A stretch of 60,513 nt of DNA, the filler included, from Piptocephalis cylindrospora (Eukaryota): assembly GCA_003614145.1 (NCBI GenBank). It is 5 parts of 5 records of this genome, joined end to end, with 100 filler letters (N's around TTAATTAATTAA, not from the genome) between each part and the next. Parts side by side here need not be neighbours in the genome. Positions count along the whole stretch, not along the records: positions 12,204 to 24,240 come from KZ987983.1; positions 24,341 to 36,369 come from KZ987984.1; 3 more parts are not named here. One strand, 5' to 3'. A model generated the notes under the pieces. That model did not search any database, was not told the origin of the DNA, and saw nothing but the letters and a program-made list of their open reading frames with translations. This document shows positions 21,478 to 31,667 of this stretch, piece by piece (within the stretch, counting starts at the first letter, position 1; each line of letters opens with the position of its first letter). The position numbers and the translations under genes were made by a program.

Positions 21478-23694
21478 TTATACAACGGTGTCCTCGTGAG
21501 CCCATAGCTTGAGGGTTCGGTCAAAGCCGGTGCTGGCTAAATACGATCCGTCTATATGGGATGGGGGGTGGGAATGATTGAGTGATGCGGGTGACTCTAG
21601 CCTGCCTGGACAGCGTGCCACTTGGACTATAGGCTTAACAAAAACCTACCTCGATTCACATCCACACCCATGACCTTGCCGTCGTGTCCTGTCCAGGATT
21701 TGATCATACGCCAATCACCCTCGCTCCAAGCTCGAATAGAACCATCAAAGCTTCCAGTGAGAAGCCACATTCCCGGATTTCCGAGGGATATAGGGGCTTG
21801 GATATCATTGGTAGGCAGGGCTCCTTGGTAGTATTTGATATCTGATACGACACTGGTGTGGGCAGCAATGGTTTGGACCGAACTTAGCTTCCGGATGTCC
21901 CAAATACGCACTGTGTTATCGCCGGAGCCCGAGGCCACTTGATGTCCATTAGGTGACCAATCCAAGGAGTAAACGGGTCCTGCGTGACCTTGGAGCACCA
22001 TAGCACTGCGCCCACTCCGCGTATCCCAAACTCGCCCCACCTTATCAAGACCTCTGAAATCAAGGGAGGGAGGAGGGTTGTAAGATAAGGGATTGCAGCA
22101 AAAATGACAGGCTTCTTCTTCCACCTCACCCCCATCTTACCCTGTGGCCACAAGGGAGCCGTCACCTTGAAAGGCCACGCTAAACACTTCCCCTGCATGC
22201 CCTTCTTGAAGTAGTAGCTCTTTTTGAACCTCAACGTCCCATAGACGCCAAGTTTGATCAAAACTAGAGAAGGGGGCGCGAGGGGTTCTTTGAGTCAGTT
22301 CAAAATCCTTGCCGCTTTTCTTTTCCTGCTCTTGTTCTAGGGTTTACCTTGCTGATCCCAGATATCGACCATTGGGGTGAAAGGCAATTCGACAGACACG
22401 ATGGATGTGGCCCTTCAGCTGGCCCAGCATCGCTCCACCGCCCTTACTCTCATCCCCCACACCCATGTTCGAATCTTCCGATGCCTTCCCAGGAAGGCTC
22501 CAGAGGGAGATGTTACCCTCGGCCCCACCAGTAGCAAGGTTCACCGATGCTGCGGATTGCCCAAGGGTGGCTTGAGGGTGCCAAGCAATCCCACCTAGAC
22601 GATCGGTGTGGCCATTCAGAGTGGCGATGGGATCGCACATTGGCACGGTCCAGATCTTAGCAAGACCTGACCAGCCGGCGGTGGCAATCATTTGTCCATT
22701 GGGCGAAAAGGCACATTGCGCTACTGCTCGATCATCCCCAAGCTGGGAAGCTAAGTTGGCATAGGATCGTAGCTGACGGAAAGCCGTGTTACGCGCTGTT
22801 CGAATGGTTACCAAAGATGTGGAAGCAAACGTCTTTTGCCTTTCAATCCTTTCTTTTGCCCTAATTGTTCCGGGACAAAAAGGTGATTAATCTCATCCCA
22901 GACCTTACACTACATCCTCACAATCCTAACACCAACCAACAGCACCAACTACCCTGACATGAACGGTTTCTTACCTTGGCATGGAGAAAGAGAGCATCTC
23001 CCGACGGGCGTGTAATAGATCCTCTGACCCCACCGTGTAGAATTCCTCCTCTTTATCCTCCTCTTCTCTTTGGTCTTGGGATCCGCCCTCCTCCATGTCA
23101 GTATCCTCATCACTCTCATGGTCACTCATATCTTCGTCCTCGTCCGAGGCGTCTCCAGCTGCTGCTGCTCTCTTTTCCTTTTTACTCAGTCTTAAGGAGA
23201 GAAGATGACGAAGGCGATCTCTTCGTTCAGAAGGCTATATAGCGAGTCCACACGATCGATCCAAAGGAGAGGAATGAGGGTGGCATTGGCATGAAGGAAA
23301 AGGCATTTCATCTGTATCCCATCACTCACTTACACCTTCGGCAAAGAGACATTGCGGTTCTTTAAGATCTCGGAGCCGTGCACGAATTTGACGGTCGTCC
23401 GTGGGGACGGCCAGTTCTCTTGCTCGCTTTCGCCGGTCCATTTCTTCCATCAGTGCCTGTTGCTCCTTGCTCGTGTACATGGAGGGATCCCGGTGTTCTC
23501 CATCTGCTCCCGTATCCACTATATAAAAGGCACGAGACGGATTTGACGATCCAGGGTCAGTCTGGTGCAAGAAGTGTGAGGTGACCTGTTCACGTACCTA
23601 GATCCTCCAGGGCAATCGTTTGATCTCCCCTAACATCTTCAGCGTTGGGGTCTAACTTAATTCGCTTTCCTTCGCGTCCCTGCTTTGTGTCCAT
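21478..23694 (-). CDS. PRP4: U4/U6 snRNP WD40 protein Prp4 (PRPF4), multi-exon
   Basis: PRP4/SFM motif [64 protein letters not shown]; ends [23 protein letters not shown]. Confidence 0.95.
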
Positions 23695-23809
23695 CCTGGC
23701 GGTGAGGGAGTGGTTGAGATTGTAGAGTAGAAGGAAGAGTGTATGCTACAGTGACCGACAACTGACGTGCTGTGTGCCTCTGGGTTAAAACCACCTCGAA
23801 ATTCCGCAG

Positions 23810-23830
23810 GGTAGTAGTAGTAGTAAACAG
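23810..23830 (-). mobile_element. Minimal (CTA)n-tail family insert (21 bp) with perfect 14-bp target-site duplication
   Basis: TCGAAATTCCGCAG at 23796-23809 and 23831-23844 flanks GGTAGTAGTAGTAGTAAACAG, which matches the tail end of the 18531 copy. Confidence 0.65.
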
Positions 23831-24240
23831 TCGAAATTCCGCAGTGCTTTGTTTTTATCTTGGAGAGTGGTTTGAAAATGGATGGAAATATACAAAAATA
23901 TGCACTTTTTATGTCGACTCTGGGAGACTGGGTATGAATGGCCCCATCTCCAAAAGGGCTCCTTCAGAGAGCTTATCTTTTGCTTAGGATTCTCTTACAT
24001 CCTATAAACCTCATTTTCCCTTTCACATGGAGGGCATAGTAGGTTTATTCCTACACAACAGACTCTCATGCACCATCATCCCATCAAGAAATCCTTTCGG
24101 CACGAGTGGGACCAAGGTGCAATATGAAGTTCCCCCCCCCCCCCTCCCCCCCCCCCACCCTAAATATTTCCTTTTCTCTCTTGTCATGATCCAGGGTACG
24201 ATTTACGGGGTCTACAACCGCGCGGTCTCCCCTCGCCTCT

Positions 24241-24340
24241 NNNNNNNNNNNNNNNNNNNNNNNNNNNNNNNNNNNNNNNNNNNNTTAATTAATTAANNNN
24301 NNNNNNNNNNNNNNNNNNNNNNNNNNNNNNNNNNNNNNNN
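24241..24340. other. Artificial contig linker
   Basis: N44-TTAATTAATTAA-N44. Confidence 0.98.
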
Positions 24341-24868
24341 AACTACATCCACATGCTTCCGCCCAATCCTCAGGAGGCACAAAGCCGCTTTTTTTCGGAC
24401 AAAAGACTTGGATGTCGGGGACACCAGGAGTTTCTGGACCCCGCCCACCACAGATTCGGCCATCGCCCGGCCCCCCATATTAGCCACGGCGTGCAGGGCA
24501 AGGCAATTGACCAATTCACTCCCGTCCTCCAAGTCCTTGCGTACGCTGTTAATAATCAACTGGGCCATATCCTGCTCCTCGGTGAGGAAGAGCGTGGCGG
24601 CAAGATACCCAATTTGCTTCTCGGAAAAGGTTGACGAGGCAATCAGGTGTAAGGTTTCCGAGTGACCAAAGGATACGTCCCAGCCTAAAATATAGCAGTA
24701 CAGGAGTTTACATACGTACTTTTTCCTCGAGTATCCATCTAGGCCACCCTGCTTGAATTTAGCCCGGATATTCGCCAGTTCCTTGTTGATCCTCCTCTCT
24801 TCCAGCTCTCGGACTCGACACTTTCGGATGTCGGCAATAAACACCGTGAGACCTCTCATGGACGGCAT
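24341..24868 (-). CDS. APL3: AP-2 adaptor complex alpha subunit, N-terminal part (truncated by the gap)
   Basis: MRGLTVFIADIRKCRVRELEERRINKELANIRAKFK..KKYVCKLLY..SEKQIGYLA..VRKKAALCLLR. Confidence 0.96.
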
Positions 24869-25213
24869 GATGGAGGGGTGGAGTGGGTGGGAGGAAAGTT
24901 AGGGTAGGGTAGGGTAGGGTAGGGAAGAGGGAAGAGGAGGGGGTAAAGGGATGTAGGACAAGATGATGCGGGGGTAAAGAAGAAGGGATGGGAGGACAGG
25001 GTAGAGCATTAAAGCAATTTAAGTGCCGCTATCGCATTTCCCGAAGACCATGAACCATGCGGTGAGGAGGTAAGCTGTTAGCCGGGGAGCTGTGTAATCT
25101 TGGTTGTGTGCGCCAAGCCAGATGAGAACAGATTGGAGAAATAGATAAAAATCATCGATTTTTTTAATGAGATTGAATTATTTTTTTAGAGACAGGAGAA
25201 AGTGAACCGACGT

Positions 25214-25276
25214 AGAGTGTGAAATCGTGTAGTCTTTTGGGTGCATTTTCCCCATGAGACAATAAATTTTTCAACA
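25214..25276 (+). mobile_element. 63-bp segment flanked by a perfect 17-bp direct repeat (probable TSD)
   Basis: AGAAAGTGAACCGACGT at 25197-25213 and 25277-25293; segment ends CCCCATGAGACAATAAATTTTTCAACA. Confidence 0.45.
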
Positions 25277-25667
25277 AGAAAGTGAACCGACGTTTATACC
25301 ACCATGACCCCTTTCTTCATGAAATAAGATACACTAGGTGCGCATGAACCACGCAATCAAGAAGAACCAAAGAAATTTTAAATTGCTTAATAACCCATTA
25401 CAAAAATCAAGGTATTATGATATAGACTACACCAGCGCATTTTCGACGCAGAATCGACATAAATTCTATCGCGAACTATTATTACCACTCAGTGGGTCCA
25501 CCTTTTGCCTTTAGGGCTGATGGTATGCCCAAGCACATCCCAAGCTTCTCTAAAATGATCCAAAGAACTTTTTGGTGGTAGAAATACCTCCGAGAAATGA
25601 TGGGCTTTAAGAGTATCTGTAGTATTTAGAAACAAACTATAGTATAGGGTACGCGTCGGGGACCTGG

Positions 25668-25772
25668 TCCCTGGTGCCACACCTGCCGGCCATGGAGGCG
25701 GGTATTGTGTTCAGATGCCCATTTAGCCCACCTCACTAAGGGGGAACATATAGCGGTTTCATTATCATCATC
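25668..25772 (+). mobile_element. (ATC)n-tail family insert, diverged longer copy
   Basis: GTCCCTGGT..GGCGG..TGTGTTCAGATGCCC..CACT..GGG..ATATA..ATCATCATC aligns with 26927-27031 (reverse) and 39211-39272. Confidence 0.55.
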
Positions 25773-25803
25773 CTTTAGGACGGTCTGAATCCTTGAAGGC
25801 ATA

Positions 25804-26487
25804 CTATCGATGAGATTCAGGACTACATTCTGGGGGATTTGAGTCTAGGGACTGAGAGGGCCATTCCAGGACTTGGATCCCATTTGAGGAAAGCCAATTC
25901 CGAGCTTTGGTAGAGGTATATTTTGAGTCATTCTCCTGCTGGAAGATAACATCCTTTTCACCAAGGCCCCAGTCATCCAGCGATGATAGATAACTCTCTT
26001 CCAATACATCACAATATACGTCCGCATCCATGCCCCCGTCAATCCTATGGAGCCTATCCGTCCCATAGACAGACATACAGGCCCAGATCATTACATTACC
26101 TCCTTCAAACTTGATTGTAGGTACTACATTTCCGTCATGGAGGGCCTCTCCAGGTCTCCTGCCTCTCAATACTCTCCTTTTAAGGGCACGAAGCACTGCA
26201 TCTGCATTGATCTTTATCCCACGCTCGGCGGAAATCTGCCTTGCGACCCTCCTAGCTGATCCACCACGTGTAGTAATTACATTTCGGACGGCCATCCGCT
26301 CTTCTCTCGGGGTTAGAAGCCTTGGGCGGCCGCCTGGATTAGGGTTTCCCACCATATCTAGCTCTTCACGCTTCCCCACTGTCGTAGATGCTTCCATAAT
26401 AATGGTACTGAGAATAGCGAATTTAAGCTGGTTCTGCATGGAATGTGTACCGATATAGTCTACATCATTATTTCTTGATTTCTGCAA
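25804..26487 (-). pseudogene. Decayed Tc1/mariner (DD34E-type) transposase
   Basis: GRPRLLTPREER HTH linker, PTIKFEGGNVMIWACMS, IDGGMDADVYCDVLE, FQQENDSKYTS, WPSQSLDSNP. First catalytic Asp region missing, second Asp reads Glu, ORF diverges just after SPDLNP-like motif; no TIRs found. Confidence 0.9.
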
Positions 26488-26761
26488 TGAGCTCTTGTAG
26501 GAGCGAAAGGGTCATCCTGGCGCGATGGCCTTCTCATCCCTCATATAAAGGATGGAAGAGTGTGTATGTGTGTAAGTGCATGTATGGGGATGGGTGGGTG
26601 CAGGGCGGGGATAAGTGTGGGGAGGAGACCCTAGGGGAACGAGCACGGGAGATAAGAAAGGACTGGAAGATGAATCATGCTAGGACTATTCTGTCTTTTC
26701 ATCCCTCTTCTTTTCCTTGCAGTTTGATTCCAGTGATCATCCCGTAGCTTGGTACTAACAT

Positions 26762-26813
26762 GATGATAAAACCATTTTATTTTCCCCAGTGGGGTAGACG
26801 GATGGGCATCCGG
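26762..26813 (-). mobile_element. (ATC)n-tail family insert (52 bp) with perfect 15-bp TSD
   Basis: GCTTGGTACTAACAT at 26747-26761 and 26814-26828; insert reverse-complement CCGGATGCCCATCCGTCTACCCCACTGGGGAAAATAAAATGGTTTTATCATC. Confidence 0.75.
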
Positions 26814-26926
26814 GCTTGGTACTAACATACCAAACGTGATCAATAGCTAACCCCTACACTTGTTCAATTTAAAATTACTTTAGTTCTTCTTGATCGCATG
26901 GTCCTTGCACTTCTAGTGTATTTTAT

Positions 26927-27031
26927 TCGATTGATTGATAAAACCTTTATATTTTCCCTCAGTGGGGTAGGCTGTTAGGCATCCGGACACATAATCCGCC
27001 CAAATAGGCCAGCCTGCATGATACCAGGGAC
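26927..27031 (-). mobile_element. (ATC)n-tail family insert, ~100-bp copy
   Basis: Reverse-complement GTCCCTGGT..TGTGTCCGGATGCC..CCTACCCCACTGAGGGAAAATATAAAGGTTTTATCAATCAATC. Confidence 0.6.
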
Positions 27032-27925
27032 ATAATGAATGTAGTCTATTCTTGAATAGGATGACATAAAAATGAAGGACAAACGAACAGGAGCAATAGT
27101 ATTAATTTGAAAGATCCAGAGCGGGATAAACACAGGTGCAGTCGTGCAAAGCTTCAAACGGCAGACAGGAGGCAATATCACGCCTAAATGCTTTCCGGAT
27201 CTACCCTTGAGACCTGCATAGCAGCGGAAGCCCTACGGGTGATGGGAGACAGGCTTTGGGGCGGTTATTGTGCTCAGACACTCTTGTCCACCCCATCTAG
27301 GGGAAGCATGAATGAATAGATTCACACTACTAGTGTCATTTCCTTTCCTCTCCCTTCCATGCTTACCCTAAAAAGTAGTCCGTCATTTTACTCGGTTGCC
27401 TTTTCAGCATGATTAGATGAAGACAAGTGTCTAAAGCTATATGATAATGAAAGCCTTTATGACCTTAGGAAATGCAATGAACGTGATGGGAGGCTCTTAA
27501 TCATCCTTGTATCGGGAATTGGGAGAAATAATGTCATTAGTCGTCCAAATCATGAGTATTTAACATGAGCGCATCTAGCATATAGGTAGGGATCCCGGTG
27601 TATAGTACACACACGCCCCTAATCATAAACCATCCTTAGAATTCATACATCTGAATTACCAGGCAAGTCACAGCATCATGGGCTGGACGAAGAAGGGTTC
27701 AAATGAGCAAAAAGAAATGAATCACCCTCACCATACATTTCGTCTGATCGAGTGGGAGGGAGGTGAAAGGAATGGGGAGATGTCAATCGCCCTCCTGTCC
27801 TACAGCTTTCCGTCTTTCGCATTCTTCATACTGCTCAGCTTTCATCCGATCATCATCGTCGCCGCCTCATAAAGCTACCCTTGCCATCAAACATCTCGAC
27901 TAGCCGCTCCCCACTTTTCCCTTTA

Positions 27926-30900
27926 TCATTCGTGAAAGTAACCGCCGGGTCCGTAGCCATGAGGACCACCCACTCTCTCACCCCGTTCATCCATCCCATG
28001 GCCAGGGGAAGTAGGATGGGAGAAGGGGGAGGAGATGGGGGGATAGCCAGCGGTTGGGGGCGGAGGATGAGGATAAGAGGATCCTGGAGGCATGGGTCCA
28101 CTGCCCCTTGCATGAAACGGCATCATCCCCCCTGGATGGGGACCATGATCAGCCATAGAGTGTGGAGGGGGGCCAGGAGGAGGAGGAGGATGGGGTCCAG
28201 GAGGGTGCATGCTAAAGCCTTCTCCTCTCCCCGCACCACCACCACCAACGACTCCATGAAGGTGAGCTCTCCTCAAAGAGGCCACCACTTCATCCAAGGG
28301 TAGGTTAGCCACGGGGCCCGCCTGTTGCAAGATGACCTCGGCGGGTAAGCCTCTGGCCAAGCCAAATCCTACAAAATCATCCGCTTGGACGGAAAGGGGA
28401 ATATCTCTTATAGGGCCATTAGTACCGCCGCCTCCACCGCCATTCACAGGATTTCCTTGCATGGCTTGATGATGATGAGGTGAATGCGGAGGTGGGGGCA
28501 TTCCAGGACCATGGGGTAAAGCAGGCGACATACCTGCACCAAACATTCCCCCAGAATTCTGAGGAAGAGAGGGTGGGGGAGGGGGAGGCCCATGAAGGCC
28601 ATGATGAGAAGAAGGATGCATATGCGAGGGATGGGGCGGAGACAGGGCGTGGGTAGGGAGTTGATGAGAGGGATGTGGCGGAGATAAGGAGTGAGGAGGC
28701 AAGGCATGAGGAGGAAGATGCTGTCCCGGGGGAAGGTGTTGCGGAGGGTAGGGATAACCCTGACCAAGCGGTCCATACATCCCTCCATCCTCTGGCCTCA
28801 TCATTCTTTCTCCAGGCTTAACCATCCCTTCCTCCGCCTCTCTTCCCCTAGGAAAGGAGGAAACAGGATGCGAGGGAGACGGACCATAAGGAGAAAGTGA
28901 AGGAGGAAGGCTGAGGGGCTGGTGCAAGGGAAAGTAATGAGAATCAGCAGGGAAAGAATCGACCTTGCTCATAGGGGGGCCCGGAGGGCCATTCATGGGC
29001 TCTGTCATACCCAGATGGGATCCAGGGCCACTCATGGTCTCAGATATACCCAAAAGAGAGGAGAGGGGAGGGCTTGTTGTCCCGGTCATCCTAGTGGATA
29101 GGCCAGGTTGGGAGATGCTTGGGTCGGTGCAATGAATGGATGGGATCCCAATGGATTGGGAAAAGCCTGGACCGCGAACTCCATCACCGCCCAACATACC
29201 CCCTACCCCCATGGGCCTCTCTCCCCCTCCTGGCCTATCTCCGTTCCCGGATTTGGCTAAAAGAGTGCGTAGAAGACTAGGCGGCATAGAATCCTCTCCC
29301 TCTGTCAACGGGTGCCCTCCTCCATTGATCATGGATAGGGAGGATAGGCTATTAGCCAACCTTCCCTCTTCCCTCTCTTCATCCCTAGAGCCACCATCAT
29401 TCGCCTCAGTCCATAAGTGTCGTGAAATGGAGGAGGTCAGGCTCTCTTCCTTCAGTGGTCCTTTTGAGCTCTCTCCAGGCCCTTTGACTTCTCCGTCCAA
29501 AACCAATGATACATCTCCATCATTTCCTACTTGGACTCCTCCCTTCTACCATCAATAAAGATTGTGTCAGAAAACAAAAGAAGCATAAAAGATTAGTTCT
29601 GAGATATGCGCATAGATCGCCTCATCCTTTCGTTCAATCATCCGCTCACCTTGCCGCTAGCACCATGTTCCAGTTGTTGAAATAGCTTGATGGACCCAGG
29701 TGGAATGGAGCCCACCGAGGAGGAATTTCGCCCGGCAAGGGGCATCCCTGGAGGCGGAGGAGGTAGGGCCTGTCCTGGTTGGACGGGCCCCCCTCCTCCC
29801 CCAGGCTTTGCCAAACCCAGTTTTCCTACATCCACCTATATAAAGGATATATAGGATTAGTAGCCAACCCTTTTGCCTCCCCCTTCTTTCATCCAATTTA
29901 TACATCCACAAGCAGAGATAATGAATACAAGAAAAAGACTGACCATATGCACACTTTTGCTTCGACGAGCACGCATGAAAGCAAAATCCTCCCCCTCTTT
30001 AGAAGTTCCATCGGTGGGTGGGGCCTTGGGTTGGGAGTGAAAGTGTTGCGGGGCCTGAGGGATTGAGTGGGAAGATCCCGTGGCCCCTTTGGTCCCCCCA
30101 GGAACAGGTGCCACGGAGGAAAGCCTCCTTCGACTAATAGGCCCACGTGGGGATAGAAGGACAGATCGTTGCCTAGGCCTATTTGCACCCGCGGCAACAA
30201 GGGGAAAGGAGGTAGATAAAGGATCATCGGATAGGGGAGATGGGGGGGGGAATGAGGTTGAGAAAGGCAGGGCCTTCATGTCGAACGGTGGCGGATCGAG
30301 GTGTGGTGGAGACACCTTGCTCAGAGGCACCATCGACGACAGAGTCAGATGAGCCAGAAGTGGAGGTGATAGTGGCCCTTCTACTTGGAAGAATCAGATC
30401 CCTTGGCTTTCGGCGCTCCATGAGCGTTACAGCCTTTGAGGATATTTCTTTAGTTGTACCATTGGTAGCGGTGGTGGGAATGGAAGAAGAGGGTACCTCT
30501 TCAAATCCAGGGGGTAAATCAGTCACGGCCTTTGCAGCCGAAGTGGTCAGGGTGGTAGCAGATACAGTGGCAGATCTCCTCCTCGTCCTATCCTTCCCCT
30601 CTGTCATAGCGGAAAAGGCACTAGAGTCGCCCGAGGGGAGACCGGGAGGTTGCCTCCAATTCTCCATGACTTTAGCCCCTGCAGCCCCAGTATTAGAACC
30701 GGTCCGAGAATGGAGTACTCCTGCCGCGGCACTCGATGGATCCGAAGGGGTTGTACTCCCGCTTATAGGTAAGGTGGTGGCGGAAGAATTATTGGGTCTT
30801 CTCCAGGTGGATTGAGCGGATGTGGACGAGGAAGGTGACTTTTTATGGAGGGTCACCGCTTTTGCTCCCTCTCCCTCTCCTTTTACTCCTTTGCCAGGGA

Positions 30901-31564
30901 TGGATGAAGGGGTGGTGAGACTAGGAGCCTTGCCATTCCCGCTACCACCGACCGTCAAGTTCATGTCAAAGGCATTCATGGCATCAGCCTTAGACGGGTC
31001 CTCCTTGAAGGGGGAGGACGAAGAGGAGGCTGATGACGTTGGGAGTGTGGGTGGGTGAGAGGATCCTGGGGCCGGAGCCATCGATACCATACCAGGAGAG
31101 GTGGCATTAGATGACAAGTTGGGGCCAGCCATGCCTGGAGGTGCATGGCCGGGACGACGGCCTCTATGATCAGGGAGACCTGCTGCCGTTGTGGCCGAGT
31201 ATCCCGAAAGGAATGGGGCTGAGGGGGCTCGAGCATGCCTTTGGCCTGGAATCGACGATGATGAAGAGGAGGAGTTTGCAGAGGGGATGAGAGATGGAAA
31301 GGAGATATTGGAGGTGGCAGGGGCCGATGGGGGAGGCACAGGGCCAGGAGGGAGGGAGTGAGTGGAGGAGAAAGTCTTTGGTACAAGGGAGGAAAGGGAG
31401 AAGGTGGAGGTAGAGATCTGAGCCTTTGAAGGAGTAGAAGCGGACGTCGATGAAGAAACAGAGCCATTCGCATTCAATGATCGAAGTTGACCGGAGGGAG
31501 AGGAGGAGGAGGAGGGCGGGGAGACCCGGTTGATGGAGGAGGCGGAGGAAAGAGGCCCAGACAT
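27926..31564 (-). CDS. Large low-complexity (S/P/G/H/M-rich) disordered protein, ~3 exons, apparent frameshift at G9 run 30242-30250
   Basis: Long ORFs 30224-31564, 29857-30333, 29638-29835 and 27926-29506 link through GT-AG introns (~29828-29943, ~29547-29649) and one frame change; no folded domain recognised. Confidence 0.65.
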
Positions 31565-31583
31565 GGCGGCGGCTATGAAGAAC

Positions 31584-31586
<3 letters not shown>

Positions 31587-31621
<35 letters not shown>

Positions 31622-31667
31622 AAGGGGAGGGAAGCAGTAGGATATATATATATATATATATATATAT
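31587..31667. repeat. (GA)n and (TA)n microsatellites upstream of the disordered-protein ATG
   Basis: Direct inspection. Confidence 0.9.

Noticed and set aside
24899..24924. (TAGGG)n telomere-like or G4 tract upstream of APL3
   Set aside because: Short, internal, and similar to the many purine/pyrimidine microsatellites in leaders here.
26755..26815. Reading the (ATC)n element on the other strand as a box C/D snoRNA (ATGATGA...)
   Set aside because: Box D CTGA is present in only one of four copies, the apparent box C is the microsatellite tail, and TSDs favour retro-insertion.
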